Assembly: GCF_009914755.1 (NCBI RefSeq)
Contig: NC_060936.1
Length of the DNA stretch: 64,000 nucleotides
Strand: one strand, 5' to 3'
Origin: the human T2T-CHM13v2.0 reference genome, Homo sapiens
Below, piece after piece: positions 28,163 through 43,393 of this stretch (the first letter of the stretch is position 1; each line of letters starts with the position of its first letter). The position numbers and the translations under genes are program-made. A model generated the notes under the pieces. The model did not search any database. It was not told where the DNA came from and was given only the letters and a program-made list of their open reading frames with translations.

Positions 28163-31074
28163 TTGTTATGTAGCCAGTAGTCATTCAAGAGCAGGTTGTT
28201 CAGTTTCCATGTAGTTGAGTGGTTTTCAGTGAGTTTCTTAATCCTGAGTTCTAGTTTGATTGCCCTGTGGTCTGAGAGACAGTTTGTTATAATTTCTGTT
28301 CTTTTGCATTTGCTGAGGAGAGCTTTACTTCCAACTATGTGGTCAATTTTGGAATAGGTGTGGTGTGGTGCTGAAAAAAATGTATATTCTGTTGATTTGG
28401 GGTGGAGAGTTCTGTAGATGTCTATTAGGTCCTCTTGGTGCAGAGCTGAGTTCAGTTCCTGGATATCCTTGTTAACTTTCTGTCACGTTGATCTTTCTAA
28501 TGTTGACGGTGGGGTGTTAAAGTCTCCCATTATTATTGTGTGGGAGTCTAAGTCTCTTTGTAGGTCTCTAAGGACTTGCTTTATGAATCTGGGTGCTCCT
28601 GTATTGGGTGCATATATATTTAGGATAGTTAGCTCTTCTTGTTGAATTGATCCCTTTACCATTATGTAATAGCCTTCTTTGTCTCCTTTGATCTTTGTTG
28701 ATTTAAAGTCTGTTTTATCAGAGACTAGGATTGCAACCCCTGCCTTTTTTTGTTTTCCATTTGCTTGGTAGATCTTCCTCCATCCCTTGATTTTGAGCCT
28801 ATGTGTGTCTCTGCATGTGAGATGGGTTTCCTGAATACAGCACACTGATGGGTCGTGACTCTTTATCCAACTTGCCAGTCTGTGTCTTTTAATTGGAGCA
28901 TTTAGCCCATTTACATTTAAGGTTAATATTGTTAAGTGTGAATTTGATCCTGTCATTATGATGTTAGCTGGTTATTTTGCTCGTTAGTTGATGCATTTTC
29001 TTCCTAGCCTCGATGGTCTTTACAACTTGGCATGTTTTTGCAGTGGCTGGTACCAGTTGTTCCTTTCCATGTTTAGTGCTTCCTTCAGGAGCTGTTTTAG
29101 GGCAGGCCTGGTGGTGACAAAATCTCTCAGCATTTGCTTGTCTGTAAAGGATTTTATTTCTCCTTCACTTATGAAGCTTAGTTTGGCTGGATATGAAATT
29201 CTGGGTTGAAAATTCTTTTCTTTAAGAATGTTGAATATTGGCCCCCACTCTCTTCTGGCTTGTAGACTTTCTGCCGAGAGATCTGCTGTTAGTCTGACGG
29301 GCTTCCCTTTGTGGGTAACCCGACCTTTCTCTCTGGCTGCCCTTAACATTTTTTCCTTCATTTCAACTTTGGTGAATCTGACAATTATGTGTCTTGGAGT
29401 TGCTCTTCTCGAGGAGTATCTTTGTGGCGTTCTCTGTATTTCCTGAATTTGAATGTTGGCCCGCCTTGCTAGGTTGGGGGAAGTTCTCCTGAATAATATC
29501 CTGAAGAGTGTTTTCCAACTTGGTTCCATTCTCCCCATCACTTTCAGGTACACCAATCAGATGTAGATTTGGTCTTTCCACATAGTCCCATATTTCTTGG
29601 AGGCCTTGTTCATTTCTTTTTACTCATTTTTCTCTAAACTTCTCTTCTTGCTTCATTTCATTCATTTGATCTTCCATCACTGATACCCTTTCTTCCAGTT
29701 GATCGAATCGGCTACTGAAGTTTGTGCATTCGTCACATAGTTCTCGTGCCATGGTTTTCAGCTCCATCAGGTCATTTCAGATCTTCTCTAATCTGTTTAT
29801 TCTGGTTAGCCTTTTGTCTAATCTTTTTTCAAGGTTTTTAGCTTCTTTGCGATGGGTTCAAACATCCTCCTTTCGCTCGGAGAAGTTTGTTATTACCAAT
29901 TGTCTGAAGCCTTCTTTTCTCAACTCGTCAAAGTCATTCTCCATCCAGCTTTGTTCCATTGCTGGCGAGGAGCTGCATTCCTTTGGAGAAGAGGCGCTCT
30001 GATTTTTAGAATTTTCACCTTTTCTGCTCTGGTTTCTCCCATCTTTGTGGTTTTATCTACCTTTGGTCTTTGATGATGGTGATGTACAGATGGGGTTTTG
30101 GTATGGATGTCCTTTCTGTTCATTAGTTTTCCTTCTAACAGTCAGGACTCTCAGCTGCAGGTCTGTTGGAGTTTGCTGGAGGTCCACTCTAGACCCTGTT
30201 TGCCTGGGTATCACCAGCAGAGGCTGCAGAACAGCAATATTGCAGAACGACAAATGTTGATGTCTGATCATTCCTCTGGAAGCTTTGTCTCAGAGGGGCA
30301 CCCACCCGTATGAGATGTCATTTGGCCCCTTCTGGGAGATGCCTCCCAGTTAGGCTACTCGGGGGTCAGGGACCCACTTGAGGAGGCAGTCTGTCCGTTC
30401 TCAGATCTCAAACTCCATGCTGGGAGAACCACTACTCTCTTCAAAGCTGTCAGACAGGGACATTTAAGTCTGCAGAAGTTTCTGCTGCCTTTTGTTCAGC
30501 TATGCCCTGCCCCCAGAGGTGGAGTCTACAGAGGCAGGCAGTCCTCCTTGATCTGCGGTGGGCTCCACCCTCTTCGAGCTTCCTGGCTGCTTTGTTTACC
30601 TACTCAAGCCTCAGCAATGGAGGGTGCTCCTCCCTCAGCCTCTCTTCTACCCTGCAGTTCGATCTCAGACCTCATTGCTGTGCTAGCAATGAGGGAGGTT
30701 CCGTGGGCATGGGACCCTCTGAGCCAGGTACGGGATGTAATCTCCTGGTGTGCTGTTTGCTAAGACCATTAGAAAAGTGCAGTATTAGGGTGGGAGTGAC
30801 CCGATTTTCCAGGTGCCATCTGTCACGACTTCCCTTGGCTAGGAAAGAGAATTCCCCGACCCCTTGCTCTTCCCAGGTGAGGTGATGCCTTGCTCTGCTT
30901 CAACTCATGCTCCGTGGGCTGCACCCACTGTCCTGCACCCACTGTCTGATAAGCCCCAATGAGATGAACCTGGTACCTCAGTTGGAAATGCAGAAATCAC
31001 CCATCTTCTGTGTCAGTCATGCTGGGTGCTGTAGACTGGAGCTGTTCCTAGTCGGCCATCTTGGAACCTAACTC
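28163..31074 (-). mobile_element. 3'-truncated L1PA (about L1PA4-6): full 5' UTR, disrupted ORF1 and ORF2 endonuclease region, no tail
   Basis: 5' end CCAAGATGGCCGACTAGGAACAGCTCC. ORF1 runs 30042-29020 with frameshifts and ORF2 MTGSNSH starts at 28956. 16-bp TSD CAGAATCCTTTTCACT at 28147-28162 and 31075-31090. Confidence 0.95.
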
Positions 31075-33851
31075 CAGAATCCTTTTCACTGTGTGATTGG
31101 AGGCATGATAAGCTCTGTTCTCTACATCAGCCAGGATTTGCTTATAATGCAAACACAGGAATACCTAAAAACCTCTTCTTTTTCAAGATCCTGGCTTTTG
31201 CCAACCAAACATTCTTTGGATTTTATTTATTTCTTTGCTGTGGACTTAGCTCTCTTTTAAAGCTGAACAATGGTGTTTCTTTCAGGATAAATTTGCACCT
31301 ACTTTCTCTACTCCTCCCCTCCTTATTATCTTTCCCATACACTCACAGAGCAACAAATGATGCTTTTTACAACCGGAGGAGAGTGACTGTGTGACTTGAA
31401 AGTTTTAGAAATTACTGACAATAAAAAAAAAAAATCAATTGCTATTTTCAAGTTCTGCTACCTACGCCATTACTTTTCAAAAGAGAAGATAGTATCAGTG
31501 CACTTTCTTCTGGATGTTGCCTTAAATGAATCTCAAAAAACATCCTTTTGAACTTTATGTGAAGAGTTGTACAAAAGCTGTGTTAATATTGTGTCAGATT
31601 TAAAAAATGGACTACTAATCCTCTATCATTCTTTTTATTTTGATCTAGATGTCTGAGAGTATGAATGTTCTTAGTGCAAATAATAAATTGAATGCTCTCG
31701 AGGATAAAATTTGAAAATAATTCTATCTTAAGATGTCTAACAAAATGAATAAAAATTATAAACTCTTATGAATGAGGTTGTACTCTCCAAGTGTTTCTTG
31801 TTAAGAACCATAGAAGGACTTCCCTTTTAGAAATGCTTTGGATATTCTAATACATTTAATGCCAGGGCATAAGCTAGTGGTTGTTAAGCTTTTCTCTCCC
31901 TCCCACAGCACCAAGAGACCTAACATTCACCCATTTGTAGCAGTTGTTTTAGAACAGTGATTGCCAAGGAGGGGAAAAATGAGGAAGCATAGCAGAATTT
32001 CTGGGGAACTGTAGAAAGAGAGAGCATATTGGGAAGGTCTTGTGATATTTGAAAATTACTCTGAAATGTTTCTGAAACTCCTTCCACTGATTCTCATGGA
32101 AGAAGTCTAACCTCTTAGGATGTGCAAGTTCAATGGAATAAATTTAACACTTCATCTTGTGCATGAAGTGCTATATTCAGAAGCAAAATATTAAAAGCTA
32201 CAGGTTTTTAAAAAATTAACTTTTAATTAAAAGCAACTCAACATTTTAAAGATATTCTACATTCTCCCTTTCCCCCGATATTTGAAATTCCCAATGATGT
32301 CTTTCCTGAGACATTTAAATAGACATTCAACATTATGAGAGTTCCTTCTTTTGTGGGGTTTTATAAGTACGAAGCACAGAACGCATCAAAGTAAAGACAT
32401 ACTTGTTCATCTATTGCTATTCATTTTTCTTTCCCTTTTTCCTCTTCCTCTTCCTCTATTCCAGCCCACCCTGTCCCACCCACCCCGTAGCGAGTGTCTT
32501 AGGAGGTCTCATTCTGACTTAAGACTCTGTCTTAATGTCTTGTTAATTTTTTCCTAAAACAGGGAAATATCTTCAGGGGCCAGATAGGTAATACACATGT
32601 GAGTTATAGAACAGGAGGAAGTGGGAGAAATGGAATTTAGCTAAGTAAGTTCACATCTTCCTCAAGACCATTCAAATTAAAATTTAAAAGCCACACTGTT
32701 CTGATGAGATGAAACAAGTGTACAAGAGCATCAATTTCATCCCCATTTTAGCATGCACTCATAAAAGAAAATCCTAATGCTTTTGCATTTTGCCATTGCC
32801 AGAACAGCTCTTCTTTCTTTTATATCCCTCTCTCCTAGTGGTTCCAGGGCAATTTCTTAAAATTCAGTGGTGTGCTTATTCAGTGTTGTAATGATCCCCT
32901 GAGCTTTGTACTGTGAATATTTCATTTAATTTCTTGCACCTGTGGAATAGAGGACTAATCTGTACAACTAAACTTTCTTATATCATGTCTCTATGTAGTC
33001 CATCTGGTTATTTACAAACACTGGCAGGTCTCATTTCCTACTGTACTATTGTTTTTAATTTTTTTCCTCCCTTCTCTGTTACTCAAATGTTTAGCCAGCT
33101 TTGTCTTTTAATGTCAGTCCTCATTGCATAGTAGCATTTAGTGAACTTTCAGTTCATCTGTAATGATTGGTCTGTAAGTGAATTGATCTGCTGCTGCAGG
33201 ATTTCAACAAAAGATCAACATGACTGAATGTCCCTGTCAACTGCTCCTCATTCTTGCCTCCTTGTTTTCAAGCCTGCTGGTCTTGTTAGAGTGCTGCCTT
33301 AACCTGGAAAAGAATTTCAAGTGGCTTTTATGAAGGAAGAAGAAGACTAGAAGACTATTTTAAATTACCTATTGAAACTCTGCTTTTTTTTTTTTTTACA
33401 TTTTCCATTTGGAAAATTTCCTTTGCTGTGTTGCTTTCTGATTGGCTTCAATTCTAGATGTCTCCTTGCATCAATGGATAAATTTCCTTCTTAAGAAATT
33501 GAATTTTAGCTCAATCTGAATAGCCTTCCCTTCTAGAACTATCAGATATCCTACAAATTTGAACTTTTTTATAACTCCTTTCTTGGCATGACCAATGATT
33601 TAGCTAATTAGCACTGGCTTTTTATTCAGAGAAATCTTGTTTGAATTATGTTTCTGGTTAAATGATTTTTAATAAGACGTTAATCTCTTTGTACAATAAG
33701 AGTGCTTATACCCTTTTCATAATAATTGTGTAAAGACTTATGATTACACTAGGCACAGGAAGGTGTTTTCAATAAAACAAAGTGTCCTTCCAGTTCCCTG
33801 CTTTGAAGTAGGGTCTTCAATCTTCCCATCTCCATTGTTCAGTGCATATGT

Positions 33852-34210
33852 TTCACTTAGGATAAGCTAAGTTATGCTAAAGTAACAAGCAAACAACAAA
33901 TCTCAGTGGCTTAGAGCAATCAAGATCTATTTCTTATTCATGCTACTATTCATCATGCATAGCTGGGGCTTTACTCCATGTGCTTCTCATTCAGGAACCT
34001 AGGTGAGGGGGCTTGATCATCTGGAATGTCACCAGTCACTGTAGCAGGGAGAAGGGAAGAGAGAGAATCATGCACCAGATCTTTAATAATTCTGCCCAAA
34101 AGTGACACATATCACTTTCACTGATGTTTTATTAACTGTAGCCAGTTAGCCACACCTAATCCAAGAAGGCAGATTTCTGTGTGCCCAGAGAAGGGAAGAG
34201 GACTACATGT
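33852..34210 (-). mobile_element. Old MaLR LTR (MLT1K/L-like)
   Basis: AGGATAAGCTAAGTTATGCT...AAATCTCAGTGGCTTA. Confidence 0.6.
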
Positions 34211-35012
34211 ATTGATGAAAGGCATGAATATCGATCATTAAATATTTCCTGGTTGTCCTTTCTGAGCCCAAATAAGATCTCTTTTTACTGGCACTCATGT
34301 ACCCTTGATATTATAGTTTTTTTGAATTGTAAATGACACAAAATGGAGCCAGAGTGGCTGACTCTGCTTTTTATATTCTTTCTTGAGACTACCTGAAAGG
34401 ATACAAGGTGGATACTTAGCCCTTGTCCAAACAGCCTTCTAGATATTTGGGTTGCTTACTCACAGCACTCTCTTCTTTCAGAGGGAAAGACGGGTTGGAG
34501 AGTAAGAAAATTAAAATAGCCAATGTTGTCCTATTAAGTGCTATTTTAAATACCTATTTTTTTCCTTAATCACATAAGTAATACATTGAAGACACATATG
34601 CAAATACCTCAGTATGTGTAAGCTGGCACCTTACATGCTACTTTTAATGTATAGGATTATTTTCAAGGAAGCTCATCAATCTATCAGTCAAAATTTATTA
34701 GATAGAAATTCTAATTTTGCCTTTATAACTCAATGAACAATTAAAGGGTCTAACTCAAACTTTTTGAGAATATTTTCTTTTTTTCCAAATTATTACATAC
34801 TCAGATATACTCTTGAATCTCTCATTCAACAAGTCCCCAAACTTTGTCCATGAAACCTTTCTTCTCTTTCTTTTCTCTATACCCCATCATTCTAATTTAC
34901 ATCACGTTAATCTTTTTGGATTATATTTACATATTTAATTTCTCTTCCACTTTGCTCCAACTCAAATTCTTTATAACAACCACAAGAACACGAAACTCCT
35001 GTAACTAGCCAA

Positions 35013-35400
35013 TGTAGTAATTAGGGTAGGATAGGCTATGTCCTGTAGTAACAGAGCAATTCTGACACCTCAGTGGCTTAACAAAAAAATTATTTCTCAC
35101 TCATGCAAAGTCTAATGCAAGTTGAGCAGCTTTCCCCCAAGCAGTGACTCTGAGGTCCATGTTTCTTCCATCAAGGAGTTCCTTGGAATCTTACACTTCC
35201 AAATTCATCCTTAGATGGGTGGACATTGTGAAGGCAGGAAAGAGAGCCAAGGCGTTCAAGAGAAATTTTAGGGGCCTGATCCACAGCAGCATACATAAAT
35301 TATTTCCACATTCTAGTGGCCAGAATGATCTCATGGTTCCAACCTAATTGCAAAAGAGGCTGGGAACTGTGGTCTCCTGTGTGCCAAGAAAGGGAGAGAT
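35013..35400 (-). mobile_element. Old MaLR LTR (MLT1K/L-like)
   Basis: AGGATAGGCTATG...CTCAGTGGCTTAAC...TTATTTCTCACTCATGC...GGCTGGGAACTGTGGTC. Confidence 0.6.
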
Positions 35401-36441
35401 AAGTAAGGATCTATCCAGTGTAGCTCACAGCAAGCAGGTAAAAGTCTTCCTTTCCTTTTCCCCAAAATAGTTACTGACAATTAATATGGTTTCTAAGTTT
35501 CTAATTTTTCACATTTCATGATTCTAAGACATTATATATGTTTTTTCTTGGAGTCTTATTACAAGACAAATTATCAGTAAGGTTTTGTGTTTTGGTTAAG
35601 TGTAAAGAGGGTTTATACTAAGTCTAAAGCTCATTAGACAAATTCCAATTCAACTATAGATTATTTTGGAGGTCCCATTGCATTAATAAGTACGTTTTTG
35701 TCCATGGGCAGAAACTCAACACTAACTTTGCTTTAGCAAAAAAAGAAAAGTGCAGAGGCACAAAGGTTTAGGCAAGGCTGGATCCTGGGGCATATATAAG
35801 ATCATTAAGCACCTATCTCTATATTCATTTCTTACAGTGTCTCCATGGTTTGGTCCCTAGTGGCCCAAGATTTAGATTCTACCATCTTGGCAACCACAGT
35901 GACAACAGAGTATATTTCTTATTAGACATAACAGAAAATTCCTGGGGAGAATTCTCTTCAGGTTGGATCATAGGTTCATCCTTGAGCCAACCACAATAGA
36001 CAACAAGATGGAATTCTGTGATTGGCTTGGCCTGGTTTACATGTCCATCCCTGTGGGCAGGAAAAGAGTGAAAACAGCCTTATGTGGATCGCATGAAATG
36101 GATTCCTCACAGGAAAGAATGCTCCTGTTGCTAGAAAAGGAGGGTATGCTAAGCTGGCAAAAATAACAGATATTTACTTCACATATGAAAACCAACCTGT
36201 TGATCTCAGACTTGCAATGGATGGCTGAATTTCATTCTAGCCTTTCTTTGCATAAGTGACCGGGGAAGAAGTACTGACTTTACTTTTATCATTTACAGTG
36301 ATTTTTTTTCTGTATATGCTAGTTAATTAAACTGAATAAAAGGAATTCCTATATTATGATAATTTAGTCTCAGTAATAGCCAATAAATATTTCTGGAAAG
36401 AAGTACCCAGCCCCTGTGTGGGTGCTATTATTGAATGTTTT

Positions 36442-37531
36442 TTATTTATTTATTTATTATACTTTAAGTTCTAGGGTACATGTGCACAATGTGCAGGTTT
36501 GTTACATATGTATACACGTGCCATGTTGGTGTGCTGCACCCATTAACTCGTCATTTACATTAGGTATATCCCCTAATGCTATCCCTCCCCACCTCCCACC
36601 CCACAACAGGTCCCGGTGTGTGATGTTCCTCACCCTGTGTCCAAGTGTTCTCATTGTTCAATTCCCACCTATGAGTGAGAACATGCAGTGTTTGGTTTTC
36701 TGTCTTTGCAATAGTTTGCTCAGAATGATGGTTTCCAGCTTCATCCATGTCCCTAAAAAGGACATGAACTCATCCTTTTTTATGGCTGCATAGTATTCCA
36801 TGGTGTATATGTGCCACATTTTCTTAATCCAGTCTATCATTGATGGACATTTGGGTTGGTTCCAAGTCTTTGCTATTGTGAATAGTGCCGCAATAAACAT
36901 ACGTGTGCATGTGTCTTTATAGCAGCATCATTTATAATCCTTTGGGTATATACCCAGTAATGGGATGGCTTGGTCAAATGGTATTTCTAGTTCTAGATCC
37001 TTGAGGAATCACCACACTGTCTTCCACAATGGTTGAACTACTTTACAGTCCTACCAATAATGTAAAAGCATTCCTATTTCTCCACATCCTCTCCAGAATC
37101 TGTTGTTTAATGACTTTTTAATGATCGCCATTCTAACTGGTGTGAGATGGTATCTCATTGTGGTTTGGATTTGCATTTCTCTGATGACCAGTGATGATGA
37201 GCATTTTTTCATGTGTCTGTTGGCTGCATAAATGTCTTCTTTTGAGAAGTGTCTGTTCATATCCTTCACCCACTTTTTGATGGGGTTGTTTGATTTTTTC
37301 TTGTAAATTTGTTTAAGTTCTTTGTAGATTCTGGATATTAGCCCTTTGTCAGATGGGTAGATTGCAAAAATTTTCTCCCATTCTGTAGTTTGCCTGTTCA
37401 CTGTGATGGTAGTTTCTTTTGCTGTGCAGAAGCTCTTCAGTTTAATTAGATCCCATTTGTCAATTTTGGCTTTTGTTGCCATTTCTTTTGGTGTTTTAGT
37501 CATGAAGTCCTTGCCCATGCCTATGTCCTGA
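36442..37531 (-). mobile_element. 5'-truncated L1PA (about 1.1 kb 3' end)
   Basis: ORF2 C-terminal ORFs ([11 protein letters not shown]..., [11 protein letters not shown]...), 3' UTR and (TTTA)n tail, with TSD AATGTTTT. Confidence 0.93.
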
Positions 37532-37727
37532 AATGTTTTGTTTAAAGTTTTGGCAATCTGAGGGTAAGAATGTCACAAGTGGCCATTAGTAAGCCATATT
37601 CTATTCATATTCTGCACCAGTAACACTCAGCTTCACTATAACCATAGAGAGCTGGCCTTACTAGTGAAATATAACACAACCTGTCTTCTTCAATTGAAAA
37701 TGAATACATTTCAAAACAAAATGTTAA

Positions 37728-40270
<2,543 letters not shown>

Positions 40271-40559
40271 GTTAAGGAGGGGAAAATGAGCATAGATCCC
40301 TCTTGTAGAGTTACTTTTAACTCTTTTAGGGAAATAAAAATTGTTCCAAAGAGTTGATGAAACTAATAGGACTTTTCTTTGAAAAACGCATATACACAGA
40401 GGTTAGTTACAACTTTGAAGGATTCTAGACCCCTAATGTCATTCCTGAACCCAGGAAATTTAAGTTTAATATGAGTGTTTATTTGGGCAGAAGCTCCAAA
40501 GACCATGTGTGAACCAAGGTGACACTTTCTACACAGAAGCTTCATTTAATAGAAAGATA

Positions 40560-41068
40560 GCAAACCCATATGACAGATTTTAATAGAGTATAACTCCTTG
40601 GATTTCCTTCTACTGAGAGGAGAGGTCTATGTCCTTTTGAATCTAGACAGACTCCATGACTGTTTTGACTGAAGGCTACAGCAAAAATGATGTTGTTCAA
40701 ATTTCAGGCCCGGGCCTGAAGAGATTGATGGTTTCTACTTCCTTTTTCTTGGAACACTCTTGGAAGCCAGCTGCTCTGTAAGATATCTTACTACCTTAAG
40801 ACTACCATGCTATGAGAAGCCCAAGGCATCTGGGGAACCCCTATAGGATTAGATGCCATGTGGAGAGGGAGAGGCTGAAAAGCACCAACACACCAAATAT
40901 GTGAGTGAAGAAGCCATCTTCTATATTGGGATCCTCCTGCTGCTCCAGTTGACAACATGGGGATATGAGACAAGCTACCCCACTGAACAGTTTCATTATT
41001 CCTGACCCACAAGATTATGAGCAAAATAAAATTGCTGTGTAAGGCTACTATGTTTCATGCAATAATAG
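40560..41068 (+). mobile_element. MLT1 (G/H-like) LTR, interrupted near its 3' end by THE1
   Basis: ACTACCATGCTATGAGAAGCCCAAG...TCCTGACCCACAAGATTATGAGCAAAATAAAATTG. The terminus ATAACTAAAACA resumes at about 43399. Confidence 0.7.
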
Positions 41069-43393
41069 TGATATAGTTTGGCTGTGTCCCCACCCGAATC
41101 TCATCTTGAATTGTAGCTCCTATAATTCCCATGTGTTGTGGGAGGAACCTGGTGGTAGATAATTGAATCATGGGGGTGATTTCTCCCATACTGTTCCTGT
41201 GGTAGTAAGTCTCATGAGATCTGATGGTTTTATAAGAGTTTTCCCCTTTTGCTCTCATGAGATCTGATGGTTTTGTAAGAGGTTTCCTCTTTTGCTTGGA
41301 TCTCATCATTCTCTCTCTTTCCTGCCACCACGTAAGACATATCTTTTGCCTTCTGCCATGATTGTGAGGCCTTCCCAGCCACATGGAATTGTGAGTCCAT
41401 TAAACTTCTTTTTCTTTATAAATTACCCAGTCTCAGGTATGTCTTTATCAGCAGTGAAAATGGACTAATACAGTCAATTGGTACTGAGAGTGGGGTGCTG
41501 CTGTAAGGATACCCAAAAATGTGGAAGCGACTTTGGAACGAGGTAGCAGGCAGAGGTTGGAACAGTTTGGCGGGCTCAGAAGAAGACAAGAATATGTGGG
41601 AAAGTTTAGAACTTCCTAGACACTTGTTGAATGGCTTTGACCAAATGCTTCTCATCTCAGATGGAGATGAGAAACTTGATGGGAACTAGAGTAAAGATGA
41701 CTCTTGCTATGTTTTAGCAAAGGGACTGGTGGCATTTTGCCTTTTTCCTAGAGATTTGTGGAACTTTGAAAATGAGGGAGATGACAAACGGTATCTGGCA
41801 GAAGAAATTTCTAAGTAGCAAAGCATTCAAGATGTGACTTTGGTACTGTTAAAAACATTCAGTTTTAAAAGGGAAATAAAGCATAAAAGTTCAGAAAATT
41901 TGCAACCTGATGATGCAATAGAAAAGAAAAACCCATTTTCTAAGGGGAAATTCAAGCCAGCTGCAGAAATTTGCATAAGTAACGAGGAGCCAAATGTTAA
42001 TCAAGACAATGGGGAAATTGTCTCTGGGGCATGTCAGAGACCTTCATGGCAGCCCTTCCCATCACAGGCCAGAAGGCTTAGGAGGAAAAAATGGTCTTGT
42101 GGGCTGGGCCCAGGGTCCCCCTGCTATGTGCAGCCAGGGGACTTGGTGCCCTGCATCCCAGCTGCTCTAGCCATGACTAAATGAGGTCAAGGTACAGCTT
42201 GGGCTGTGGCTTCAGAGGATGCAAGCCCCAAACCTTGGCAGCTTCCACATGGTGTTGAGCCTCGGGGTGCACAGAAGTCAATAATTGAGGTTTGGGAACC
42301 TCTGCCTAGATTTCAGTGGATGTTTGGAAATGCCTGGATGTCCAGGCAGAAATTTGCTTCAGGGACAGAGCCTTCATGCAGAACCTCTGCTAGGGCAGTG
42401 CATAAGGGAAATGTGAGGTTGAAGCCCCCACACAGAATCCCCACTGGGGCACTGCCTAGTGGAGCTATGAGAAGAGAGCCACTGTTCCTCCACACCCCAG
42501 AATGGTAGATCCACTGACAGCTTGCACTGTGCACCTGGAAAAGCCACAGACACTCAACACCAGCCCATGAAAGCAGCTAGGAGGGAAGGCTATACCCTGC
42601 AAAGCCACAGGGGCAGAGCTGCCTAAGGCTGTGGGAGCCCACCTCTTGCATCAATGTGCCCTGGATGTGAGACATGGAGTCAAAGGAGATCATTTTGGAA
42701 TTTTAATATTTGACTGCCCTGCTGGAATTTGGACTTGCATGGTGCCTTTAGCCCCTTCATTTTGGCCAATTTCTCCCATTTGGAATGGGTGCATTTATCC
42801 AATGCCTGTACTCCCATTGTATCGAGGAAGTAACTAACTTCCTTTTGATTTTACAGGCTCATAGGCAGAAGGGACTTGCCTTACCTCAGATGAGACTTTG
42901 GACTGTGCACTTTTGAGTTAATGCTGAAATTAGTTAAGACTTTAGGGGACTTTTGGGAAAGCATGATTGGTTTTGAAATGTGAGGACATGAAATTTGGGA
43001 GGGGACCAGGGTGGAATTATATGGTTTGGCTGTGTCCCCAGCAAAATCTCATCTTGAATTGTAGCTCTCATAATTCCCATGTGTTGTGTGAGGGACCTGG
43101 TGGGAGATAATTGAATCATGGGGTTGGTTTCCCCCATACTGTTCTTGTGGTAGTGAATAAATCTCACAAGATCTGATGGTTTTGTAAGAGGTTTCCTCTT
43201 TCACTTGGCTCTCATCATTCTCTCTCTTGCCTGCCTCCATGTAAGATGTGCTTTTCACCTTTCACCATGATTGTGAGGTCTCCCCAGCCACATGGAACTG
43301 TGAGTCCATTAAACCTCTTTTTTTTTTTTTTTTTTAATAAATTACCCAGTCTCAGATATGTCTTTATCGGCAACATGAAAATGGACTACTACA
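41069..43393 (+). mobile_element. THE1 (THE1C-like) element: LTR-internal-LTR
   Basis: LTRs at 41069-41472 and about 43017-43393, TSD AATAG/AATAA. The 5' LTR has an internal tandem duplication of about 43 bp (about 41210-41295). Confidence 0.93.
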
